The notes under the pieces were generated by a model, which was not told where the DNA came from, searched no databases, and saw only the letters and a list, made by a program, of their open reading frames with translations. A DNA stretch of 64,000 nucleotides, from positions 1-64,000 of the forward strand of contig NW_026937553.1 in assembly GCF_032062105.1 (NCBI RefSeq), read 5' to 3'. Below, one piece after another: positions 39,810 to 52,237 of the stretch. The stretch's first letter is position 1. Each line of letters begins with the position of its first letter. The translations under genes and the position numbers were made by a program. The DNA is from Saccostrea cucullata. Taxonomy: Eukaryota.

Positions 39810-41599
39810 ACTTCCCACTGAAAAACTTCAATCTACAAGAAATACATGTACATTGAAAAATTATTATAAAGAAAATTCATATCAAATTGTATTTTTTATA
39901 TGAGTGTTGATTTAAATCTCGCAACTGAATGCTTCTTTTTCATGCAATTCTTCAGAATCTGGAAATTTTTCTTCGTGAAAAAATTAATTCGTTTCTTAAA
40001 ACAAAACAGTTACCGTTTACAGATGCTTTCGATTCATTCCTCCTTCAGATGAAAGTGAAGGTTGTGGGCATCGAATCTGGAGTAATACACACATGCTGAT
40101 AAGGTTTTTACCTGTATGGTATAAACCATTGGGGGTAGATAAATAAATTCCCTAGGCTCCAGCTACCGTATCTTGGGGGTGTCATATTTGAAGACAGTCC
40201 TCGCTCTTCCATTTGTTTTCAGTAAATCAAATTCCAGAGTGTATTTTGCTTGATTTGGTATGGACCATTGAAACCACCTTACATAATGTACTAGTGATAG
40301 CCACATGTGAGACAGATTTCTCGATATATTTTCGTTAGATAGTCAGTAATAAACAAATAATTAGTAGTAATGTGTACCTCACAGTTGCAATCACTATAGA
40401 GGTAGCAACCACTACTGATATTTTTTTTTCAAGTGGTTGAAAATGCATTTCAAATGCGACACTACATTTCACCCACTACTGAAGTTTTATTTTTATGATT
40501 GCATTTTCAGTTCTAGAAAGAAAATTTTTTAAAGATATAAATCAGCAATTTTAAATATTCTGAATTTCCTTTTTTTCAAAGAATATTATTAAAAACTTAT
40601 TTTCATTCCTCTTATGAAACATTTCATATATACACTTCTCAACACGGTGGATAAGTGATGTAGAGATTGTTCTGCACGAGTGTGATAGAGCAATTGCACT
40701 CACAGTAGAAGCAGCTGCGTCTATAGTTCTATGAACGCAGCTGAAAACAACGTGTTCATAGTGGGAGAGAGCAGTAGATATGCAAATTATTTATTCATTG
40801 TTAATTAACAATCCATCTTCAGTATATTATACATGGTTTGGAGTGGGAATGAGCATATTTTTATTTTTTTTTATCGTGCATATTTGTACAAAGAACGATA
40901 ATTTCACACTTGGGTAATAACATTCAAAATTTAAAAGAGAAAATTTCTTTAACTAGTATATCTATTTCAAGAATGATTTCAGCTATTAAAAATAAATAGA
41001 AAAACTAAAAAATAAATATAGAAAAGCACTCTGCTGTAATAATCATTATATAAGCATTCTCATTTTTCATCATAGTGTTAAATTATTGATTTTTGTAAAG
41101 TCATATGCTAACTGACTTTTTCATATAACGCCATTATTTATACGATGATTGTCACAACTGCATCAAAACAAAAATGTGTGACAGCGCTGCTTGTATCCAG
41201 ATAACTGTGTTTGAGAGGGAAATACTTTATTAATTGTTTGTGATTTATTAGAGAAAAGGAGCACTAATCAGGTTTACTCCATAATTTAAAGCGTATGTTT
41301 TTCTACAGCTATAACTCCAAAAAAAAAAAAAGAATGCGTCCTTATGTACCTTTTTAGCAAATATGTAATAAAAACGATTATTCAGTGAACATGTTTTTCA
41401 TTGATGGTATATAGTAAAACTGCTTGCTGGTTTATATATGATGCTAGCGCGCATCATGGAATATGCCAGCAATTACTTTATTTCTAATTTACAACGCCAC
41501 GTGTTACATCTGAATAACATATGTGAATTATTTCCTTTTATAAGTCGACATGGCATAAAGATAAAACAAGATTCTGATACATCTATTTCATATTTTACT

Positions 41600-41990
41600 A
41601 GAAAAATACGTTAACGGTTATCTAACATAAAAGCTTTATAATAAACGAGATGACTTAATTTTTCAATTGTCAACTTCCCTTAATTATGCAGAAATATATC
41701 CTTATCATTTGCATACGGGGTTTCGTAGTAAGTCATATGCTGACTGACTTTTTCATATACTTATTGTTAGGCCATTATTTATACGCTAAATTGTCCACAA
41801 GTTTTTTCCGTTATTTCCAGATCACGATAAGGAGCACACGGCGGGTGTGACTAGTCGGCAGGGGATGCTCACTCCTCCATGGCACTTAGTCCCACCTCTG
41901 ATAGTTTAAAAGAGGTCTGTGTTTGCTCTTCTGCTGATTTGTATTGTTTAATGGACTCTTGATCTTGAATACTGTTCATATCTCCATATA
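41600..41990 (+). mobile_element. Penelope-like retroelement 3' fragment
   Basis: LYNKRDD..IVNFP..AYGV remnant at 41633-41725. Terminal motif cacggcgggtgtgactagtcggcaggggatgctcactcctcc..cccacctct at 41837-41900. Confidence 0.65.
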
Positions 41991-42118
41991 TTTCATTGCA
42001 TATGTCAAATATTTTCTACAGCTATAAGCTAAGTCCAAAAAAAAAATTAATTAACTCGGCAGTTGACCTTTTTAGAAATTGAAAATAGTTTTCAGTTACG
42101 TGTTTTTCATTGATGGTA

Positions 42119-42635
42119 CAGTGGCCTGCCAAAAGTGAAGATAATTTTATTTTTTCTCTATATATTTCATTGAAAACAACAATTTGTAAAATCATAGGTA
42201 AATGGTCAATTTTTGTTCAATTTAATTATTTATTTTAATTTGAAACCAGAAAATGTGTAACTCTTTCTTTAAAGATCATTACGTGTTTAATATGTGAAAG
42301 TAAAATATAGTTCAAACTAAACATCAGTTCTAAAATTCAAGATCTATGTTGACTATATAATTCATTGTGAGTATATGACTTAAAAATTCATGTCACACTT
42401 ATATTACAATATTTTAAAATTATCAATGCTTATCAGATAAAAACTATTGGTTTTTTTTAACTGCAACAATTTCTGAAATGATCAAGAAATTTTTGATGGG
42501 GATGTATATATACCGAATGAAGTTAATGACACCGACACGAAATGTTGTCATACCAGCGTTCCATTTTACAAAATACTGTTTTCAATGAAATATATAAAGA
42601 AAAAATAAAATTATCTTCACTTTGCACACAGCATG
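42119..42635. mobile_element. Tc1/mariner-like MITE
   Basis: Starts cagtg. TIRs of about 60 bp: aaagtgaagataattttattttttctctatatatttcattgaaaaca / tgttttcaatgaaatatataaagaaaaaataaaattatcttcacttt. TA duplication confirmed by an empty paralogous site at about 41408. Confidence 0.85.
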
Positions 42636-43061
42636 TATATAGTAAAATTGTTGTGTACTGGTTTATATAGTTGAATGAAATGTTTGCAAGAATTTGCACA
42701 CATAAACTTGAAATTACGGTACTTTTCTAATTTACACTTCAATGGTTACAGATGTGTGAACATTTTGTTTTGTACATAATGTATATAAATGAAGATACAA
42801 ACAGATTATCCTTAAATCAGATGTTAGCTTTTATTCAAGAAAAAAAGAACTAATTGTTGAAGTATTCCTTGACTAGTCTATCACTTGAATGGATAAATCT
42901 TCTTTGAAAAGATAAAATAAAAAGGCACGTTTACTTCTATTAAGATTTCTCTGTGATCAAAGTAAGAAGTTTGTTCGAAAAGTCTGTAGTCATATTCTCT
43001 GTAAAATGGAGAAAAAACAGAAAAAAGTCCTAGACTTTTAAATTAAGAAATGTTACATTGA

Positions 43062-46000
43062 TTCATATTCCAAATTATGGCTTAATATTTTGCTTCGTGG
43101 AAAAGAAATCATGTAGTCCTCATTTAAAGGGACAAAAATGATGACATTGTTGAATGTCACAGAGCAGAAGATATCGATGTAATTTTGAGTTATACAGAGG
43201 GTAAAAAACTGAATAAACTTAAAATTTTATTGCAAAATTAAAAACAAGAGTTACCATAGGCCATACTTTCCTTCATTAGCATTGATGCATTAAATGAACA
43301 TTCTGTTCTATTATATGTGCTTGGATTTCACCCTTGTTATACATAATGCATTCCCACCCTACCAGGGATCATAATTTAGACATTTTGAAATCTACATTAA
43401 TAGGAAAACAGATCCTTCCATGTTTGCAAAAATTTCTTCTGTAAAATTTTTCAGTGGTTCATGAGCTAGTAAATAGAAGAATAACTTTCAAAGATTTTTC
43501 CTATATATTTCTATGTAAAAATTTGATGCTCAACAAGTTATAATTGGCCGGAAGTGCAATGTGTTTGGTGTATGTTGCGAGGGTTCAGGTATCCTTCCAT
43601 GATATGCGGATATCATATTCCTACAATTTAGAATTTAACTACCCCAGAATGCTTCCACATAACCTTCACTTTTTCTGGCCCAGTGGTTCTTGAGATATAT
43701 AAGAAGATTTTTAAAGATTTTTCCTATATATTTCTATATAAAACTTTGATTACATGTATGGGACGGGTGTCATTATTAAAACAATTTTGAATCTACATTC
43801 TATAAATATAGCTTGCAGCAAAATATTAACACATTCTGTTTTTGTCATAATGCATACATATAAGGTAAATAAACAAGTAAATGGCCATTTTCAAAGATTT
43901 TTCCTATATATTTCTATATAAAATTTTTGTTTTTACTTAAATGGCAGGAAAACAAGTGTTCTACTTGATTGACGAGGCTGAGAACACAGGGAAGGGTGCT
44001 AATTTGAACAATTTAGAATTAACACTTTTTTCAATACCATGGATATGGAGAAAAAACAGCAGCCATTCATCGACAACTGCAGTGGGCAAAACAAAAACAA
44101 CTTTGTTTATGGTATGCCCAGAGAGTTCTTGTAGGTAAGTGTTTTCAAAAGAAAATTGAAAAATATATATTTTATTTGTAAAAGCATTGTTTGATATTCA
44201 GTATGTTCATGATGTTCAATGCCCAAAGTGTTACATACATGTATGATGTCAGTTTTGATAGTCAAGAAATTTGAACTCTATCTAAATTTAGCATTTAAAT
44301 TTAAATTAAGGAGTGTATTTCTTTTCAATCATAAGTTTCATGCTTTTCTGGCACAGTATTCTTGATGGTGGCAGGACACACTAAGATTTTTCCTATATAT
44401 TTCTATATAAAATGGCGTTCATCTACAGCAGAAACCATGAATGAAATAGCAGACACAGTCCGTCATTCATCCCGCAGAGGCCATAACATTCCTATTGTGA
44501 AAAATTTAGGGAGAAGTCATACCTTGACCAGTTCTTCAAACCGTTGAAAAACATTCGAGGCTATCATCATTTCCGAGTAAGTGCCAGACTCCTGGTGTTG
44601 TTGAATGTAAGGAACTTTGTAATTCTGAATTGTGTGTTATATTTCTATGTAAAACTTTGATACCCCTTGTCAAGAAATCCCAGCACCTGGTCTTGACCCC
44701 AAGAGGCAATGGTACTTGTATGAGGAAATTTGAACATTGCCTATCACTCTCTTCTAAAGACACATCCTGTCCAAAACCAGTCATACCAAAGAAAGAGGTG
44801 AAAGTTTATTCACCTTATCATTCTAGTAAGTCACACTTGGGGAAAAGGAAAAGTTTTCTTAGATGAAAGGGAGATTTTGTGTGTATATATTTTAGATGTA
44901 ACATGTAGTTCCTATTGTGTTATTTCCCATAATGTGTTACATTCATGTACTTTTCTGTCCATCAAATTTCATTGCTTTAAAACATTTGTTGGAATTGTTA
45001 CGTTTACCCAATTGTTTACATAAGCTGTGTCCTAGCTAGTGTTACATCTCAACAGTTAAAAAAATGTGTAACAGTAAGAAAATTGTTATATGATGTTTTT
45101 TCTCTATATATTTCCTATATAAATGTACTTTGGATATATTTAGTATAACCAAAAATATTACAAAACTTTGTCAAATATGATTAACTACAGATTTTTTAAT
45201 TTTCAAAAGATACGATTTTCACACTGCCCCCAAAAATTTAATTGTTATAATCTTTATACTTAATACTGTTGATAATGTTAAGAAAGTACAGATGCATACA
45301 TCTTAATATCATAACAGTACATTTTATCTATATATATTTGCAATATATAAAAATACATGTAGTTACCTGCTATTCATATTTTTGTGATTTTGCTTATAGC
45401 TGTCAAAGAACCTCTGTCATTCTGTAATTTATGTGATTCCTGGTGTATTTTACCAGGAATGATAACTTTTTTGTTATTTTGGAATGTAATTTCAATTTGC
45501 ATATTTATCTTGATAATAATTATTGTGCATTTCTCATGAATTTTCTATATATTTTATTGAAAATAAAACTGGATTATTTTGTGCATATTATGCATGTTTT
45601 CCCCTTTCTCTCTTTGGTCATCGATGCTGGTAGGATAATCATCAGACTTCTGAATCAAATTCAGTTGTTCCAATACTGGCAATAGCCATATGTAACAAGT
45701 AACAGTCATATGTAATAAGTAAGAATGACAGTATATTTAATGATTCAGTTTATTTTCATCATATCTAAGCAAAATTTTAAGAAGAGTTTAAAGAAAAAGA
45801 AGAGAATTTCTTAATATACCAATAGACTGAAATTGTTTATGTTTTCTAATTACGACGTTATGGTAACGTCACTGACGTTATGATATGACTTGAAGATGCC
45901 TGCATTCCTGGCCTGTATCTTCTTTATTTTCAATGATATTTGCACGAAATTTTGAATTTGTGTTATTCAAAGTATCCTGATTTTAAAAAGACAATAAAAT

Positions 46001-46220
46001 TAATTTCGATTTTTTACTCATCTGGACCCTTTTTCCCAGTCGCGGTCACATATTCCAAACTATGGCTTAATATTTTGCTTCGTGGAAAAGAAATCCATTT
46101 GGGAAGATATGTAGTCCTCATTTAAAGCGACAAATATGATGACGTTGTTGAACGTCACAGAGCAGAAGATATCGATGCAATTTTGAGTTATACTGGGGAA
46201 AAATCCTGAATAAACTCTAA
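43062..46220 (+). repeat. Pair of ~165-bp direct repeats (43062-43225 and 46048-46220)
   Basis: catattccaaa.tatggcttaatattttgcttcgtggaaaagaaatc...gtcacagagcagaagatatcgatg.aattttgagttatac is present twice. Confidence 0.9.
43540..45231 (+). mobile_element. Degenerate intron-containing DNA transposon, Sola-like transposase 3' half
   Basis: Frameshifted pieces GRKCNVFGVCCEGSG, QVFYLIDEAENTGKGAN, HGYGEK, DNCSGQNKNNFV, MVAGHTK, FFKPLKNIRGYHHFR, PAPGLDPKRQWYLYEEI and CPKP. Subterminal tgttac/gtaaca repeats and a terminus ..acactgcccc. Confidence 0.7.
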
Positions 46221-49200
46221 AAATGTTAGAGGAATAAAAAAAATTATGTCACAAGTAACTCGTGCATGTGTTTTTAAATGGTAGAGGAGGTATTTGAGTG
46301 ACAGAGACTCTGTATCGGACGAGGACAATCTGCGAAGAAATGGTTTATCTGGTAAAATTCTAATCAAAAACTTTTAAAAATTGAAAAGGTCATGGAAAGT
46401 CATTGGCGCTTCATAGAAAATTGCTGATCTTGTGAAAGCCCATTTAAGTTGTAAAAGGAATTAAAACATTGACAAATGAAATTATACACACAGAACGATT
46501 GTTAGAAAAATAAAAGTTTGGTACTAGACAAGGGTTTTTAATATGCGATTATTGAATTATACTATGTATAAGGTTAGTATTTTTAAGAAATTCTTGACGC
46601 TACATGTATGTATTTGACACTATATTGCCGTTAATAAGTATGCTCTGCGGTTACGAAACGTTGATTTTAAGATAAAGCAGATTGATTTCTATTAAATTGA
46701 ATGAAATGAAACTTACAACATCAACAAAACAAATATTTTTACACATAATATTGTGCTTATTTTAAATTTCTTGAAAGTAGTTTAACGAAGATTGACATCG
46801 TCCTCGAACTTTTCGAACAACCCTCGTAATTGCGGCGCCTAAACCTTCCTTATTTATCTCCTTTGACTTGAATCTCACTTCTTCCTTCCCTTTGTATATT
46901 CAAAAATGTAAATGTCCTATATGTGGAAACAGTGCCATTGACAAGGCATTCATTACCTCAACTCTCTCAGGGTTTCATTATATCATAAGACATATTACAA
47001 AAAAAAAAAACAAACACACACACACACACACACAAATAAAATGGTAATATGTGCTTTATTTCGAAGCGGAATAAACACAAACCATCCATTGACTCCCATT
47101 ATATGACAGAAGTTTATGGAAATTAAAAACAAATATTTCTAATGATTTCAAATATATCACATGGATAATCACAACAAGGAAATATACATCCAATATAGGT
47201 AAACTCCACTTGAGCCTTTTATCTAAACCATTGGAAACCAAAATAATTCAAAAATAAATAAACAATGAAAAAAGATACACATACACTGTGGCTGGAATAA
47301 AAATAAAAATCCTGGTTAACGCTTTTTTCCAAGTTTACTTTAAATGCTACTTCGAATTAAAGAAGCAAAACACTCCATTTTATACAACGAAGGTGGGAAG
47401 TTTAACATGTTTTGTCTTCTTTTATTACTATTATTATTAATATTATTATTTAAATCTAAAAATTATATATTTGGTATTTATATGTGAACTCTTTTAAATG
47501 GAAAGTTACCCAAAAATTTTAGCATACAGTATAAATTTTAGATGCATGAAGAATTACACCAGAACACATCAACCTTATTATTTTACACATACTGAGTGAA
47601 TATGGCACTAAATCATACATATTGTGGTCATTATAAATATTTTTAATTAGTCAAATATATGATTTCCCAAAATCCACCATTCAGAAATTAAAGTAAACTT
47701 GAGAAAAAATGTGAATAACAAATACGATGTTGATTTAATAAATCAAGTCACACAGACAGAAAAAAAATAGATGCCTGGATTAGTATTATATTTTGGACTT
47801 ATTTTGGTTGTAAACGATGCAAAAAGCAAATTTCTAAAATACTATATTGTAAGCGTTTTATGATGTGTAATTACCCTTATAATTCTATAAATTTTTAAAT
47901 CACCTTTACTGCATTTTTGAGAAATTTCAATGAAAAATTAAAATATATGCAGATATTCGTTTTACATATATAAAAATAGCTTCTTCTTTTTTCTTTTTTT
48001 TTTTAAATAGTTTTTTGAATAATGTTTTGTGGCATCTGTCTTTAAAGTAATTTTCAGTTTCAAGTTATGTCTACAATATGTCTATTAAATAAAACTTGAG
48101 AAACTATTTTTAAAAAACACAGCTCATATAAATATAAAAATTATGAAAAATCTATGATAAGCTGTTTAAAGTTCAGCAACAAATATATGATCACAGATTT
48201 TCACAGCATTACCTCTTGTGTAAACATTCTCTGATACACCCTAGCATATAGTTTTGCTTCGAATAACTTAAACAGACTTACAATAAAGGTTAAAGCTACC
48301 CTGCAAAAATGATAAAACTACATGTATTTACCACTAGTTACTAAACAATGTACTACATTTTTATCTCTAAACTAATTACAAATAGCTACATTGACTATCA
48401 ACAATAAAAATCATCCATTCACAACAATCCTTTGATTTTATATGTTTTTTATCACACTCAAAATTTTTAACTCCACTCAATTACATGCACTTCCTTTTCT
48501 TTTAATCTGCACAAAATACATGACCACTTTATGTCTACAACATATATACAAATTCTCCAATGTCCCAACAATCTAAAAATAAATTTTGATTCCATATGGA
48601 AGTTGATATTGAAGTTTAAAGATATGCTCTTCAATTATAAGTATATAATATATCAAACATGATCTCTAAAAAATCGTGAACTAATGCTTTCATTCAGATT
48701 GTAGATGTGTAAAGAACAATTACTAATATTCTATTTTACTTGTGGCTCTAAAAAATGCAATTTATGTTTTCTTTGGTATGTATTTGAATGACATTAAAAA
48801 ATTATTATTTCTACAGTTCATTTACACCGGAATATACTTTTATTTTGGAAATACAATTTAAATTTTGAGTAGCAGTACTGAATATTAAAATAAGATATCT
48901 ACCAAAAAAAAAGAAACAACTTCACTGAAGATAATAACTTTCATTTCACACACTCCAATATACATGACACATGCAAAATACATAAAATCAAAAAAAAATT
49001 CAGGCAAGCTAATGTAAAAATATTATTTCAGTAAATGTCAAAATATTGAAAAAAAAATATATGGATGAATCTACTTCAGCACTAACACAAATAAAGCTAT
49101 CTATTTCTATAGATCATATAGCAGAAAAATAAACGTTCCATCAAAAATAAGATTTACAAAGATTGCATTTTTTTTTTTATCAATGACACACCCATCATAC

Positions 49201-51174
49201 ACATGTTGGAAAATTAGGTATTTTTACAGTTTTAATTCTTCATTAAAATGTTCTTACCAAGAGGCTTCTTTACAATATAGGTTAGGTCTCTTTTGCCTCT
49301 CTCTCCTTAGGACCTCAATTAAACTTCATTTTGAAATTGAATAAGATTAGCATAATTTGTTTTAAGAATGCATTTTTTTCTATCAACCTATTTTTTTTTT
49401 TAAGTGAACTCTAGTGAAACAAAATATTAACAAAAATCATCAAAAATCAAGCAGCTTAACACTAATAAAAGATTTAAGCAAATGTATCATAAATTAACAC
49501 AACTCAGCATTCACTCCATGCATACTTCAAACAAAGATGCTTCTGTCCCTATTCTACCGTTTAATATTTATAACTGACACTAAATCAAATACATATGTGC
49601 ACACAAAAATACTATTTTAACATGACTAAATTTGAGGTATATAATGCCAATTGAAATGTACTGTGTTGGAATGGGCTGTCATTATTTATTGGCTGATCTT
49701 TTTTCTCATTTCTCTCTTAATTTGATTGTTAAACTTTTTTTTGGTTGAAGGTACCTGCTCAAAAAGGAGGATATTTCCCCTTTATTTCTTTTTACTTATT
49801 CTTGTTAATATAATTAAAAGATAATGGAATGAAAAATCATGAAAGGCAAGCAGCATATGTGAACATAAAAAAAAATCTGTGCAACAGATTGAATGCAGCT
49901 TTCAAATGAATCTTTCATTTCCATACACACGTAAAAATGAGCATAAAAATGAATATGCTTACAAAAAAAATCAGCTTTTTTACATATATGGAATAAACTT
50001 CAGCAATTTATTCAACCTAGTGGAACTGAAACAGTGCAAAAAATATATGTGCTTATTATTCACATAGATTCAGTATAAAAACAAATATCAACCCTGGAAT
50101 TCAAAATATCATCATTATTTGCACTTCTTTTCATTGATGGTGGAGTAAATCTGTTGCCTAGCTGTTACAAAAACACAAGGTAACCTTTCACAATACCTAA
50201 TAAATCTGGCAACAGATGAGTAATGAACAGGTATTAACATACATGAAGACCAGCAAAGTGAAAATAAAGCAGTGTGTAACAAACACTTTATCCTATATAT
50301 CATAAATATAAACATAACAAGGAAAAAACTGCACATAATAATAAATCAGTCAGAATTTACTTCTTTGTCATACAGAAGTTACCATTTTACAAAAAAGAAA
50401 TGTACAACAATTATTTAAAAAATTCCTTAATTTTACTCTTAATTTAGATGAATTAATGTTATTTACATATAAAGATCAAAATCAATTTATATCAGAGCAG
50501 TTCTTTTTTTAAGTTGTACCATTAATTAATGGTCAAAAATAAGAAGAATTAATAAAATCAAAGAAAGGGTCCCCATAATTTCAGCACCAATACATACACA
50601 ATCATTATAAAATATCACAAAAATACATTTTTACACACAAAAAGAAAAAAAAAGCATACATGTGTATACCGTAAATTTTCAGTCAAGACTAGTCCAAGTA
50701 TTTAAAACTACCTTTAAATATCAGCAGAATGCATTAATGTGCAGGAACTGTTGTGATGCCATCCTTTTTTTTCAGAGCCCAATATAATCTCTTACCTATA
50801 GGAGGAAAATAAAAATTTCATTATTGGTGAGTGGTGACTTCAATTACTTTTCCATTTTCTTACAAACTGGCATGCTTTAGAAGCTTAAAATATGTAATTC
50901 GCAAGATCTATCTCTGGTGAAGGATGAAGGGACTGAGGACAGACATTTGAAACATGTGAAAACACCTACCAGTACATACCCTGGCCATATTCTAAAACAT
51001 GATGAAAGATTTTTTTTTTTTCATTTTTTTTTAACCTTAAACAAATACAAATTCATTTTGCCATATCCATAGTTTTGATATTCCAGGATTCTACAAAGAA
51101 TTGTTAAAAGTTTGACAGATGTCCAAACAAACTTTACTATATATATAGTTTTGCTAAGTCAGATTCCATGTTCA

Positions 51175-51587
51175 GGCCCAAAAAAATACTAGTCTTGTTT
51201 CCTGCTACCAGCCTGCAAAATGGGGTAGGTACATGTAGGTAGGGAAATTATTTAATTTTCTTATTTATTTTATTTTATCCGACAGCCTTTCTTTGGATAT
51301 GAACTAATACAAAATCAAATTAAACATACTGTAGTGTAGGTCAATATTGCCTATTAAAATTAAATTTCATGTCTTTTGATGCACAACTCAAGTGGAATGT
51401 TACGAAAGTCCATTTTTAAAACAGAATTTTATGAAATACCACTTGAATATATATTTTTTTTCAGTTTTGGAACAAGAAATTCCAAAATTTCCCGATTTTT
51501 TTCCTCAAAACTAAAAAACTGTGGGTCAGCTGCAAAAATATAGGGTAGGTCGGGTAGCAGGAAACAAGACTATTTTTATTTTTGGCC
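51175..51587. mobile_element. PIF/Harbinger-like MITE
   Basis: TIRs ggcccaaaaaaatactagtcttgtttcctgctacc / ggtagcaggaaacaagactatttttatttttggcc with a 3-bp TCA duplication. Confidence 0.8.
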
Positions 51588-52237
51588 TCATACTAGATTA
51601 TATAACTGAGTTTTACTGTGGTGGATTTCACAAATCATTACATCAGATATAAAATTAACATTATATATCTTCATATATTTCATTTTCAACATGGAGTACC
51701 TTCCATGTTTTCCAGGAAAATTGTCATCAGACAATCTTTACATGAACACAAAATAATTTTGCCTTAAAGGGTTCTGATCTTTAAAAAAAAATTCTGAGAA
51801 ATAAAAAATACACATCCATAATGAATTCCAAGGCTGTGCATTGTCACAAAAAAGGCTCTGTCAAATTTATAACTCTGTAGTGAGAAAAGAGAAGTATGGA
51901 CACCATTCATCAAAATGTTTATACATACATCACTCACAGCACAATTATACAACATATCTCTATAAAACTTTCAACAATAAAAAAAAATGATATGGTGGCC
52001 GTTTTTTTTTTTCTCAAATTTCTTGAGCATTGTTAAGACTACTTAAAACTAGTGTTTTTCTCAACCTACAGTGTGTTTTTATTAAAAAAAATAATCCAGT
52101 GCAATTAACGTAAATTTTTAATGGATAAAAATTAATTTACTTAATTAAGAAAAGAATTTTGTTTTGGACCCCTGTCGTTCAACTGAAACACTTTCTCTCA
52201 TAAAATTAATTTAAAAACCACTCATTTTTTTTCCTCT

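Noticed and set aside
47014-47033. (CA)n microsatellite, also (TG)n near 56939 and homopolymer runs
   Set aside because: Short simple repeats common in this kind of genome.
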